DNA of 64,000 nucleotides from a virus. Shown piece after piece: positions 45,782-57,100 of the stretch. Positions within the stretch are counted from its first letter, which is position 1. Each line of letters begins with the position of its first letter. Position numbers and translations under genes: made by a program. Where the stretch lies: positions 32,001 through 96,000 of IMG/VR virus record IMGVR_UViG_3300005264_000040. One strand, 5' to 3'. The notes under the pieces are model-generated. The model worked only from the letters and a program-made list of their open reading frames with translations, was not told the DNA's origin and did no database searches.

Positions 45782-47407
45782 TCAAGGCTCATTTTGAATT
45801 ATTCCTTTGTCAAGGCGGCCTGAATAAAACAGTGCAGCCATTACCGCATATGTGACACTATGTACAGAATCATCGTAAGTTTCAGGGTCATGATCATAAA
45901 TAACTTTTGTGCCGTTTCTTGTGTCACTTTGTTCAACATATAAAGATAAAAAGTCTTTAGCAAAATTCTCCCACACTTGATATTTAGGGAATAATATCCT
46001 AAGATTTTTTATATTTTTTATAATCCAACGAATAGCTATGGTTCTATTCATAACAAATTTTTCAGAACTTTTATCCCATTTTAAAAAAGCAGAAGAATTT
46101 CCGGAATAGTAAAATTCTAATACAGGATTATATTCTAACACACGCATAACAGCTGTACGAATAGCACTATTTGCTCCACCTGCACCTACTCCCCAATCTA
46201 CTCCTATATATTTTGGTTTAAATGTATTAAATAATGGAATGACATAATTTTGTACAATTTTAAATGGATCCGAATTTGTTTTTTCAAATCTCAACATTTT
46301 GACAACTTTAAAATGTATTCCATCAAATGCTAAAATAGTAATTACTGTAGAAGCATTTTTAGTAGAAGTAGTTGCCCAGTCAATTCCCATAAAATAATTG
46401 GTGGAAAACTTTAATTTGTCAGGTTTTTCTAAAAAGTCCCAATCCCCAGAAGCTCTTATCAAATCTTCTTGTGACAAAGGCCTTTCTGCATCTTCCCACG
46501 AAATTCCCAAAACTTCGTTAGCAAATTGTGTAATTGTATAATTTTCATTCATATATTTTTCCCAATAAATATTTTCCCAGGAAATCCATTTAACCATTAA
46601 TTGAGAAATATGAATTCCTCTTACACGTGCTCCTGGGTTTAATGCGGCCCATTGCCCTTCTTTAGGATTTACTAAACCTCCACATCTAAGACAATGAAAA
46701 CCATCTTCTTTGAAGATTTTGTCATGGTTTTCTACTAATGCAGGATCAGATGCTGCGTGCCAATACCCACAATGCGGACATTTGAATACCCATTGAATTT
46801 GAGTAGATTTTTGCCATGTGGTTTCTATAATATTCTGTCGTGTTTTAGGAGTTCCTGCATAATATTTTAATTTATAAGGGGAATGTGATAAAGATTCTTC
46901 TATGATTGGAATTGAATCTCTTAAATGGTCCTGGAATTCATCGAAAATATTTGCATCAGCAGAGAAACCCCTTGCACGGTCTCCAGCACCTTCTTTCTTT
47001 TTATTAGAAGCACCAGAATATGTCACAATTATGTGAGAACCATTTTTGAACTTTCTTTCCATAACTTTATTGATTAATCTTCTATCTACCATGTATTTTC
47101 TAAAATAAGGTGATTCTTCTATAAAAGGATTTAACTTTTCATTCGCAAATAATTCTGCTTGGAATTTTGAAGGAGCAATATAACCCGATACGAAGTAAGG
47201 AATTGCAACACTTAAAGATAAAATTTTTCCTGCGGCAGTAGTAGATTTTTCAACTTGCCTTGCGGTTTTTAAAACAGTGGGATGCGTAATATCATCATAA
47301 ATAAGTTTTAAATAATCCCTGCCTTTAAGAGAGAAAGGTTTTCCCCCTAATGTCAGAACCGCTTGAGCTATATCGCTCAAGCGGGTTCTTTTAGTTTTTG
47401 TCTCCAT
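45782..47407 (-). CDS. terminase large subunit (GpA-like)
   Basis: KTARQVEKST Walker A, RARG, IFDEFQD Walker B, YAGTP, CPHC/CLRC Zn pair, nuclease GIDW and DDSVHS. Confidence 0.9.
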   Translation of the reverse strand: METKTKRTRLSDIAQAVLTLGGKPFSLKGRDYLKLIYDDITHPTVLKTARQVEKSTTAAGKILSLSVAIPYFVSGYIAPSKFQAELFANEKLNPFIEESPYFRKYMVDRRLINKVMERKFKNGSHIIVTYSGASNKKKEGAGDRARGFSADANIFDEFQDHLRDSIPIIEESLSHSPYKLKYYAGTPKTRQNIIETTWQKSTQIQWVFKCPHCGYWHAASDPALVENHDKIFKEDGFHCLRCGGLVNPKEGQWAALNPGARVRGIHISQLMVKWISWENIYWEKYMNENYTITQFANEVLGISWEDAERPLSQEDLIRASGDWDFLEKPDKLKFSTNYFMGIDWATTSTKNASTVITILAFDGIHFKVVKMLRFEKTNSDPFKIVQNYVIPLFNTFKPKYIGVDWGVGAGGANSAIRTAVMRVLEYNPVLEFYYSGNSSAFLKWDKSSEKFVMNRTIAIRWIIKNIKNLRILFPKYQVWENFAKDFLSLYVEQSDTRNGTKVIYDHDPETYDDSVHSVTYAVMAALFYSGRLDKGIIQNEP

Positions 47408-47594
47408 AAACGATTCCCCTTACACTATTATTTATATCAATTATATCCAATAACCAATTTTTTAATTTTTCTGGCAAATCTTTTTTTAATACATCATTTC
47501 TGGATAATTGCCCACTATGAGCTAATTTTATTAAATTTGTATATTCTGGATTGTCAGAATAATAAACCCCTTCTTTTCTCATACCACCTGTCAT
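47391..47594 (-). CDS. hypothetical protein
   Basis: 67-aa ORF overlapping terminase start; RBS AAGGGGG. Confidence 0.55.
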   Translation of the reverse strand: MTGGMRKEGVYYSDNPEYTNLIKLAHSGQLSRNDVLKKDLPEKLKNWLLDIIDINNSVRGIVYGDKN

Positions 47595-47609
47595 TGTTTT
47601 GCCCCCTTT

Positions 47610-48641
47610 TTACGAATAAAAACGCATACCTGCTTTTTGTTGTTTTAATTTTTGTTGTAATTCTTCTTTTGCATCTAGTAATTTGTTTGAAAGATTTTGC
47701 CTTTGTTGGTATGACATATTTGTAGCCTTGTTTTTAATATGTGGTTTGTAAGAATTGGCTATTTGTTGTGTTTGTATGTCTTTAAATCTTGGATTATAAG
47801 TATAGACTTTTTTAGCGTATAAATTTTTAGGAGTAACTTTAGGAGCGCTTTTTACAGTTTTAGAGATTGTTTTTGTTGCTGATTTATTTTTGACAAAAGC
47901 TCCTAAAAATTTAGAAGTGAGACTTCCTCCTTTTTCCATATACCCATTTAAAATTTTTTGGAAATCTTTTGTATATTTCTTTTTTTGAACAGAAGGTCTG
48001 GAAGCAACAACTGGAGTTCCATTTTTGTTCAAACGAACTTTTTGAATAGCGGAAATAGACGTTACTTTTCCGTTAGTACCAGTTGCTTTCCCTATAGTTT
48101 TTGGCATAATTGAAATAGGACGATTGTATTTATTAATTTTTAAAGATGCTGTTTTGTTTCTTTTTTTAGAAGACTTTTTCTTTCTTGTAGGACTAGAAAT
48201 TTTATTTTTCTTTTTTTTGGTTTTTCTCATATATTCATCATTTTTCATTTGAGGATTTCCTCTGTTTAAAACAGAATACAAACTAAAATAAGTTCTACTA
48301 ACAGTATCTGTACTTCTCACTAAAGCTGGTAATTCACGTATTTGTGTTTTTAACATATAGAAATTTTTATTTTTATAAGCAGCAGTTTTAACCCCTTTTC
48401 GTTTTAATCCTTTTATAACTTTTTTTGCTTTTGGTTCTTCTTTAGGATGCAAAATGGAAGTAGCTTCAGTTTTACCATTACTTTTAATAGCAATGGTAAG
48501 CACATGCTTATATCCGTTTTTATCATAAACTACTTTTCTACGCCACTTTGAAACTCCTTTTGGATCTTTTTCTGTTATATATTCTTTTACATATTCTTTC
48601 CCAGGTTCATATTCTTTCCCTTTATATTTAATGCCGGGCAT
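47610..48641 (-). CDS. very basic Lys-rich protein
   Basis: 343 aa, Lys runs, KTAA and KTAS; upstream TG-a-TATAAT and SD AAGGAGG. Confidence 0.7.
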   Translation of the reverse strand: MPGIKYKGKEYEPGKEYVKEYITEKDPKGVSKWRRKVVYDKNGYKHVLTIAIKSNGKTEATSILHPKEEPKAKKVIKGLKRKGVKTAAYKNKNFYMLKTQIRELPALVRSTDTVSRTYFSLYSVLNRGNPQMKNDEYMRKTKKKKNKISSPTRKKKSSKKRNKTASLKINKYNRPISIMPKTIGKATGTNGKVTSISAIQKVRLNKNGTPVVASRPSVQKKKYTKDFQKILNGYMEKGGSLTSKFLGAFVKNKSATKTISKTVKSAPKVTPKNLYAKKVYTYNPRFKDIQTQQIANSYKPHIKNKATNMSYQQRQNLSNKLLDAKEELQQKLKQQKAGMRFYS

Positions 48642-48679
48642 TTTAAAACCTCCTTCAATAATTCTCAGTTATTATTATA

Positions 48680-51600
48680 TCATAAATATGGAAATCTTTT
48701 CTGAGTAACTTTTCTAAATGTGTTGTTTTCTTCTTGATATTCAATTTCTATTCCATCAAGTTGATCGTTTATAATTAGTTTTGCATAAGTGAATCTTAGA
48801 CTTAGCAACCCATTTTTGACTAAATCCATGTTAAAATCTTTTTTTATACTGTCCCATAAATAAAGATAATCATTAATAAACTCAGAACGCCAACCATAGA
48901 ATATCACTAGTTCTTTTGGAGCTATAGAAATATTTCCGCGTCCATCTAATAAAATATTTTTTACAATACTATTAGTAGTGTTTTCAACAATTGTCACTGG
49001 AAATCTGAATACTTCTTGCGAAACAGAACATGTCAATGCATTCTGAATTCTTACAACATTTTTTAATTCAAAAAGCATAGTGAATTTCTTTTCATCAAAA
49101 CCCACATTTGCAATATTTGTATATATGTCTTTTCGGGTTTTTGAACAATCCTTTTTATACCCTAATAAAATCAATTGATATCTTGAAAATCTCTTTATAT
49201 TAATGTCAAAACTTTCTATTAACTTTTTATATTGACTTAATTCATTGTGTATATATAGTTGTAAAGCAGTTGATTGCATTTTTGTATTGGCTTTTATATT
49301 AGCAGAATTAATATTATATTGTGATATTTCAGATTTTAAAGAAAAATAGTTTTTATGAGCTATAACAAACTGTATGTCGATATTTAAAGACAAACTTAGA
49401 AGTTGCATAAGAATTGCATTTAATTCCTTTTCAAATAATGCTACGTCTTTTTTATATCCTTTAAGAACTCTTTTTATTGGCAAAGAATACGATACTAAAT
49501 TCATATCTATGAAATTTGAAGAAATATCATATTGTGTTACTTTATTTTCTATAAATAATTGATAGTGTTGTAAATTATGTAAAGCTGAAACTATGCGAAC
49601 ATCTGTATCAGAATATTGAAGTGCTTTAGAAAATACAGGATCAATATTCAATTTTTGTAATTGTATATAATAAACAACTACATACGAATCAATTTCATTT
49701 TCTTCAGTTAGGGTTGATGGGACTATTTCACACTCTAATAACTTATTATTATTTTCAGTTGGATATTGAGCGATTTCTACATCATCTATAAATATTGGTT
49801 CTGGTTCCCTAGAAAGTAATTTGTATATAGCGTTAATATGTATAGGTTCTGTTTTAGGGGCAACAGAATGTTGGAAAACTGTGCTTCCTATAAAAACTTG
49901 TGGTAATACCCATACTAGTGCATTTATGTTTCTTAAGGTTCGATTTGTAAAAGTAGGATTATTCAAAAATTGTTTAGAATTAAAATATAAAAGTCCTTCA
50001 GTTAAATTATTAGTATCATTTCTTAAACCTAAAACATTAAAAGCCGGATTGAGGAAACGTCCTGTCCTAGCCAATTTAAAACTTGAAGTTAAAGCTAAAG
50101 TATAATCTCTTTTTTGAACTTCTAAAAAAGTATCTTCTTGAATTAATCTTTTTTCTGGCTCATCAACGTGTTTTAAAAAAGTTATATAATTATTTTGTTT
50201 TCCAACAAAATATTTCGAATTAGTACTAATATTGAAAAAATCATAGTAATAATTATAAGGAGTAGAATTATCAAGATACGTTCGAACTAATGTATCGGAT
50301 ACGTTCGGGTCTAAAGAAAAATATTCTTCATATATAATTTTCAAATTAGAATCCAAAGAGGAATTACTTGCTGCCTTAATTGCTCTAAAAGTATTAGGAG
50401 AATTGATGTAACAATAATGAATAGAATAATTAAATAGGAATGTAAAATCATCTATACTAAAACGATTATAAAATATTATTTCTTTATGAGTAATAGTTGA
50501 AAACGTATCTAAATCATAGTAAATTAAGAGGAGCCCATATTTTCCTTGTTCATAGTCTTTAACCATAGCTCCTACAATCAATACATTAGAATAAACTTTA
50601 TTATCATATATCAATGTATCAAGAGGTCTGAAAAACATGTATCCTTGTGCTCCTGAATATCCGAAATCATTTACATGTGTTGGAAAACCTATACTATTAA
50701 CAGTATCAGTTTCAGGATCATATATATATTTTGATATGGGGTTATATATTACATTATAATTTGAAGGATCTTTAAAAAATAAACTAGGAATATTTGAATA
50801 ATTGCTTCCTATTTGAGTAACTTCTAAATTTACAGGATCTAAACGATATTTTGAATTGCTATAAAAAAATTCGTAAGTATTAGGGTTAAAAAATACAAAT
50901 GGAGTTATAAAATTATAAGGAGTAGATTTAAATCGTATGCTAGAGTTATTTTGATTTAGCTCTATTAGATATTTAGAGGCTGAAGTATCTCCTGTTAATT
51001 TTACGATCGAATCTAAAAGTTTGAAATATTTACGATTTGGATCAGTTTTACTTACAAATAAACCATACAGACCAAATATTGCGTCAATGCCAGAATTATT
51101 TTCTCTAAGTAGTAAATACATATATTTTTTATCATTAGCTTCTGCCAGATAATAAAGATCAAAGTCATTAGTTATTGCTAGGTTATCGTCTCCGTTTATA
51201 TATTGTGTTTCTTTAAGACTTACTTTTAATCCTTTTAATTCGTAAATTTCAACTTCGCAGTTTAGTGTATTAGTAGAATCAGAATGTATAGGAATGTAAG
51301 TTGGTATATCTATATTTTCTCCAAAAACAATCCAATTTAAATATAATATGTCATTATTTCTTTTATAATAAGAAGATTCACTAATATTGTCAATTGTAGT
51401 TTGTGTTGGCCACGGATAAACAGTTTCTGAAGTTGGATTTGTTGTCAAATCATACAAATGAATTCCATCGGTAGCTATTAAATAAAATTTGTATTTATTC
51501 GTAGAAAACCGCCATCCTGTATATCCAGCTCCAAGCATATATGTAGGCCAATTTGAAATTGTGCTTTCTGCTTTTATGTCAAATGAAACAAATCCATCTG

Positions 51601-52576
51601 TAGGGTTAGGACCTACTAAAGCATCTACTACTGAGATTTTATTTGTAGATGTATCATATAATAATAAAGGTATATAAGGCATTGAAGTAGATTTTATATC
51701 TCCTGCAATATCCCCAGCTGTCAAAGCTGTATATACAGGGCTTTTAGAACCCCACACATAATCAATGACGTGCATTGCTGTAATATCCATTTGAGATGGA
51801 TCTTCTGGCAAATATAATTGAAACCTAATTATTTTTGTAGTAATTAAAATATATTCGTAATGGTCATCGTCTATTTTTCTAATTGCTCTAAATCCGGATC
51901 TATTTTTCCCATTGTTTGTATAAAAATAAGTAGAAGAAACTTCTGAACCTGCGGGATAAATTGCTTGCAACGGAATGGGTGAATCAGTTGTGCTAGTAGC
52001 CCAATGAGCAAGACCATATTTTTCGTATTTATGGTTTCTGTATAAAATAAAATAATAATCATATACTGGATGTTTGAATAATTCATGTATTATTCCAGTT
52101 GTTGCATTATTATGAGTATAAATAGTAGAAGTATTGTCTAGTGCTCTTATCGTATAATATTTCCCAATATTAAGTGATCGAGATGTAATAGAATACCTTT
52201 CTACAACATCAAGACCTGCTTCTCTTGCTAACAAATTCCACAACATTATGTTAGCATAAGAAAGATCAGGTTGGGAGTTTGAACCTTGTGCGTGATAAAG
52301 TTCTTTTACGTGAAAATTATAATCTTTGTTATCTTCTAAATTCATCCAACCACAATAATAAAGAGTTTCGTCAGGATTAGTATAATTTAATGTTTGAGTC
52401 AAATTATTAGGTGTATTGTAAAAATTCAAAACAAAGGAATCTCCGGGATTTAGACATATAAAACTAGAAGCAAAATTAAACTTTAAATACCAATCATTGT
52501 GTGATGACAAAGATTTAAAAAAATGAAATTCGGTGCGAACTCTTTTATTGTTAATCCAAAACTCCAAGCCATACAT
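48680..52576 (-). CDS. large putative tail fibre/receptor-binding protein
   Basis: 1298 aa, Y/N/S/T-rich beta-type composition; diverged version of the shared C-terminal region. Confidence 0.5.
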   Translation of the reverse strand: MYGLEFWINNKRVRTEFHFFKSLSSHNDWYLKFNFASSFICLNPGDSFVLNFYNTPNNLTQTLNYTNPDETLYYCGWMNLEDNKDYNFHVKELYHAQGSNSQPDLSYANIMLWNLLAREAGLDVVERYSITSRSLNIGKYYTIRALDNTSTIYTHNNATTGIIHELFKHPVYDYYFILYRNHKYEKYGLAHWATSTTDSPIPLQAIYPAGSEVSSTYFYTNNGKNRSGFRAIRKIDDDHYEYILITTKIIRFQLYLPEDPSQMDITAMHVIDYVWGSKSPVYTALTAGDIAGDIKSTSMPYIPLLLYDTSTNKISVVDALVGPNPTDGFVSFDIKAESTISNWPTYMLGAGYTGWRFSTNKYKFYLIATDGIHLYDLTTNPTSETVYPWPTQTTIDNISESSYYKRNNDILYLNWIVFGENIDIPTYIPIHSDSTNTLNCEVEIYELKGLKVSLKETQYINGDDNLAITNDFDLYYLAEANDKKYMYLLLRENNSGIDAIFGLYGLFVSKTDPNRKYFKLLDSIVKLTGDTSASKYLIELNQNNSSIRFKSTPYNFITPFVFFNPNTYEFFYSNSKYRLDPVNLEVTQIGSNYSNIPSLFFKDPSNYNVIYNPISKYIYDPETDTVNSIGFPTHVNDFGYSGAQGYMFFRPLDTLIYDNKVYSNVLIVGAMVKDYEQGKYGLLLIYYDLDTFSTITHKEIIFYNRFSIDDFTFLFNYSIHYCYINSPNTFRAIKAASNSSLDSNLKIIYEEYFSLDPNVSDTLVRTYLDNSTPYNYYYDFFNISTNSKYFVGKQNNYITFLKHVDEPEKRLIQEDTFLEVQKRDYTLALTSSFKLARTGRFLNPAFNVLGLRNDTNNLTEGLLYFNSKQFLNNPTFTNRTLRNINALVWVLPQVFIGSTVFQHSVAPKTEPIHINAIYKLLSREPEPIFIDDVEIAQYPTENNNKLLECEIVPSTLTEENEIDSYVVVYYIQLQKLNIDPVFSKALQYSDTDVRIVSALHNLQHYQLFIENKVTQYDISSNFIDMNLVSYSLPIKRVLKGYKKDVALFEKELNAILMQLLSLSLNIDIQFVIAHKNYFSLKSEISQYNINSANIKANTKMQSTALQLYIHNELSQYKKLIESFDINIKRFSRYQLILLGYKKDCSKTRKDIYTNIANVGFDEKKFTMLFELKNVVRIQNALTCSVSQEVFRFPVTIVENTTNSIVKNILLDGRGNISIAPKELVIFYGWRSEFINDYLYLWDSIKKDFNMDLVKNGLLSLRFTYAKLIINDQLDGIEIEYQEENNTFRKVTQKRFPYL

Positions 52577-52579
52577 AAA

Positions 52580-54121
52580 TTACCACCACCTTACTTCTTT
52601 CGAATCGCGACTATCATTATAAAAGATTGTGGTTTTTCCGTAATAAATATCTAAAACACCCTCGGGATTTCGAGTATATTTTTTTTCATTATTCACATAG
52701 ACATTTCTTACAAAATTCTTCACGCTCCACATCTTTTCAAGATGTTTTGCATGACCGTATATAATCAAAGGTTTATTCGGTTCTAGTGTAGGAAATTCTT
52801 GATTATTTACTTCTAAATTTTTCAATATTCTTCCACTAATATTCAATATTGTAGTTGAGTCTATCATTTGTTCTTGTGAAACTGATACTTTTATATATTT
52901 TTTGTCTTCAGTTATAATAGATATTTTTTCTAACAAAACCTGTATTTGCATTAATCGAATTAATGTTGTTTGTGATGTTATGAATAACGAAGAACCCATA
53001 TCTTCTTTTATTACACTGATTTCTAAGAATTTGCTTGTAAAAATCGAATTAGCATTTATTTCGGCTTCTATATTTTTGCTTTTTTCCCTTTTGACAGTAC
53101 TTATAGCATTTATGTTGAGATTTAGAATATTGTGTATTAAAGTATTTGAAATAAGAAAAGATTGAGCATTTTCAGGTGAAGCTAAAGATCCACCTATATT
53201 CATAGAATCAATTATGTTTTTGCTCATAAAAGAATCTAAAAAAATTGATTTGCTTACATGTACATTAAACTGCGAATGTAAAACTCGATTCACTTTGTCA
53301 TAAATTATTATTATTTCTTTATCTATATCATGTATAACATAAATTATTTTGTCACTGTATATAGAACTTCCAATCTTATCTGTATTGTTAAATCTATACA
53401 TATTTATATTTTCAGCATCTGTTAAAGCAACAATAACAGAATCAACTTCCTCATAATCTACACTTATATATGCTCCTTCATTATTTTGTTGAAAAGTGCA
53501 TTTAATCAATTTGAAAATCAAATTAGTTCCTTGAGTATGTTTCACTATTTGCCAAATAGAAGTCGTCGTAATAGAACCTGAAGTAACACCTTTTGCTTCA
53601 AAAGAGCGTTCATCTAAATCTACAGTTTCTGGTAAAGTATATCTCATAGTTGCTAGGTTATAATGCACATATTGTCCTAAATCAAAATTGGAAGTTATTT
53701 CTACAGGATTATTTTGTTCTATTCGAGCTGTTTTCCATAAAGAATAATTAGTTTTATCAAAATATGTAACAATTAATGAATTAAAAATATTCATTGAATA
53801 GTGCAATGTAGAAATAACATCTTTAAAGTAAGGATCTGCAAAATTTGATATAGTTACATATTTTATTTTTCCGTATGTAGAAGGATCATAAGTTATATAC
53901 AAAATTTGATTAGGATGAGATTGAATGTTCAAATAAGTTATATCTTTTATATCAATAACTTCTTCGGTAGAAGTTAGCATTTCCAATGTGACTGAATAAG
54001 GATTATAATTTATATTCGGAATTTTAAAAAAACTATAATAAGAAGTCGAGCTACCTTTGATTGAATTATGAACATAATAAACTTGATCTCCATATGAAGA
54101 TGAAATAGTTATTCTAAACAT
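52580..54121 (-). CDS. putative tail protein, paralog family member
   Basis: C-terminal LNISGRIL.NL...KKYTRNPEG..DI.Y....NDSRDSKE. Confidence 0.5.
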   Translation of the reverse strand: MFRITISSSYGDQVYYVHNSIKGSSTSYYSFFKIPNINYNPYSVTLEMLTSTEEVIDIKDITYLNIQSHPNQILYITYDPSTYGKIKYVTISNFADPYFKDVISTLHYSMNIFNSLIVTYFDKTNYSLWKTARIEQNNPVEITSNFDLGQYVHYNLATMRYTLPETVDLDERSFEAKGVTSGSITTTSIWQIVKHTQGTNLIFKLIKCTFQQNNEGAYISVDYEEVDSVIVALTDAENINMYRFNNTDKIGSSIYSDKIIYVIHDIDKEIIIIYDKVNRVLHSQFNVHVSKSIFLDSFMSKNIIDSMNIGGSLASPENAQSFLISNTLIHNILNLNINAISTVKREKSKNIEAEINANSIFTSKFLEISVIKEDMGSSLFITSQTTLIRLMQIQVLLEKISIITEDKKYIKVSVSQEQMIDSTTILNISGRILKNLEVNNQEFPTLEPNKPLIIYGHAKHLEKMWSVKNFVRNVYVNNEKKYTRNPEGVLDIYYGKTTIFYNDSRDSKEVRWW

Positions 54122-54142
54122 ATTACAAGCTCCTTTCGCAGG

Positions 54143-57100
54143 CTATTTGATTAATTGCTCAAATTGCCATTTGTCTAATATATTTATGGTTTTTATTTTG
54201 TTTTCCTTCAAATCGCGATAATCATTTAGCACTATTGTTTTTTGAACATCATATATATCTAAAGAACCTTCTGCATTCATTACATTTTTTATTCCATTTT
54301 TACTATAATAGTTTCGTATCCAAAATCTATCTTTTAATTCTTGATAGATTTCAAAGTATTCATCTAAAAAATAAAATGCACTATCTTTAGGTAATACTTT
54401 TATATGTGGCAAATTATATATAGGTTTTCCGCTTATATTAACAACTAGCTTTAAATCTATCAAAATAGCTTTGCAAATTTCTACTTCTATTTTTCTAAAA
54501 GACTGAACAAATAAAAACTGAATCCCTCCACAATTTTCCAATTTGACAGGGGGACAACTATCTTCTGTCGCGTATTGAGATACGAATATATCTGTATAAA
54601 TAGGAGGACAATTGTCTTCTGTTGCATGCTGTAGTACATACACATCAAAGTTTATAGAAGGATGTACGTATTGCATTAAATCAGCGAATTCTATATCAAT
54701 AGGAGGACAATTATCTTCTGTTGCATGCTGAATTAAATTAGCAAACTCAATGCTAATCGGAGGACAGTTTTCTTCTGTTGCATATTGCATCAAATCTGAA
54801 AATGTAAAACGCACAGGTTCTTTTGTATTGAATACTGAATATTGCGATATTCGAATATCCATATCAATAGGAGGACAACTATCTTCGTCTTGTGTTGCAT
54901 ATTGCAATAAATTCAAAGTAAGATATTTTGAAACATCAGTATAAGGCATTTTATAATCTTTATTTGTATATTCTAAAACAGTGCATTTAATTGTATTTTT
55001 AGGTTTAATTTCGAAAGGAGTTTTTTCAATATCTACATATTGAGTTAAATTAGCAAACTCTATATCAATAGGGGGACAACTGTCTTCGTCTTCTGTTGCG
55101 TATTGCATTAAATCAGCAAACTCTATATCAATAGGAGGACAACTATCTTCGTCTTGTGTTGCATATTGCATTAAATCAGCAAACTCTATATCAATAGGAG
55201 GGCAACTGTCTTCGTCTTCTGTCGCGTATTGCGTTAAATTAGCGAATTCAATATCAATAGGAGGACAACTGTCTTCATCTTCTGTTGCATATTGAGTTAA
55301 ATCAGCGAATTCAATATCAATAGGAGGACAACTGTCTTCATCTTCTGTTGCATATTGTAATAGAGTAACAGGTTTAACATCAATAGGGGGGCAACTATCC
55401 TCATCTTGTGTTGCGTATTGCATTAGATTTGCAAACTCTATATCAATAGGAGGACAGCTATCTTCGTCTTGTGTTGCATATTGTAATAGAGTAACAGGTT
55501 TAACATCAATAGGGGGGCAACTATCCTCATCTTGTGTTGCGTATTGCATTAGATTTGCAAAAGTTATAAATTTAGAAACATCAGTATAGGGCATATGATA
55601 ATCTTTATTTGTATATTCTATTATGACACATTTAATTGAATTGTGGGGCCTTTTATCTAAAGGTGTCTTTTCTTCATCTATATATTGAATAAGATCTGCC
55701 AAGTCTATTTTGTGACTTTCTTTTTTATGATAAATTTTACGTTCCCACTGACACTCGATTGATGCATGAGGTCTTTTGTCTAAAGGTGTTTTCTCTTCAT
55801 CTATATATTGCATCAAATCTGGAAATTCTATTTTCTTTTCTTTTTTTATATGATAAATAATAGGTTCATAAACACATTCAATTGGAATACCAGGCCTTGT
55901 TACTTTATGAAGAACAGTCTGATAAAGATCAAACATATATATAGAACGGTTTGTATCTTCTCCATAACTCGCAACAACAAAAGAAGGGCCTGCTTGGTTT
56001 GTATATCTTTTTGTGAAAACACTTAAATATTTCGCATTTATTATATTTAAATCATAAAATAAATGTATCGGATACACTATATCTGGATATCCGTAGAAAA
56101 TATTCGTTTCATCATGATGATCGGGAATTTTTATTATATAAACTCTTTCATCTATTGTACTATTAGCTATAATAAAATATCCATATATATCAACTGTATA
56201 ATAGCTAAAATCAAAGTTTTCTATATCAGGTATTTTTGTTTGTAAAATGTCTGATATATATCCTACGTGATAAAAAAACTTTTCTAATCCTCCATTATTA
56301 TCTATTGAAAATTTAATTTGTTTAGTGTGTAAGGTATATATGGAATGGGTAGAACTAGGATATTTTGCATAATAAGTTAATCTTCCAAGATAAGAGTTAA
56401 AACGAACAGGATTGCTGGTATTAAACATCCCATTCAAACTTTCTCTTATACCTTGCCCATCTTTAGGATATAAAAGATAATATTGAAAGTTATGATCTTC
56501 TACATTATATTTCATGTTTGCAATTTCTATAAAATAGTAATCCGGAATATCTATTGGAGTTGTGCTACCATTATAATTTTCCTTGATTAAAACAAGGTTT
56601 TGAACACCGCCTGTCCATATAAACCATTGATATGGTTTTGCTTTTGATTGCAAAACCATAACAGGTAAATAAAGAGGTTCGTTTCTATATTCTACATTAT
56701 TAGTAATATCTTTTATATAAACAGTATAAAAATCATCATTTGCAGTATATTGAACATATGTACTGTAGCCTATTACGCCTTGAGATATATCAAAAGCGGA
56801 AGAATCAGGAAGATCTGCATATTGTATATTTTGATTTACCAAATCCAAAAGAAGAATTTTATTTTGACTTCTACTTAAAACCATTACATAACCATTAAAA
56901 GGCCAAATATCATTTCTATCATCTAACCACGTATCGTCTGGAGTAACAAAAAGAGAACCTTCGCCTATTGGATCCACGCCTCTTCTTCCATATTTTATAA
57001 TAGCATTAGTTGGTTCCATAGCAGTCATTATCCACCAGTCTTCCAACAAATAAGTTCTATGCAATCTGAAAGGTACTAAATTACTAGCATTTGGATCATT

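Noticed and set aside
55040-55543. 63-bp periodicity as a CRISPR array
   Set aside because: Units are contiguous, in frame within a 1110-aa ORF and have no unique spacers
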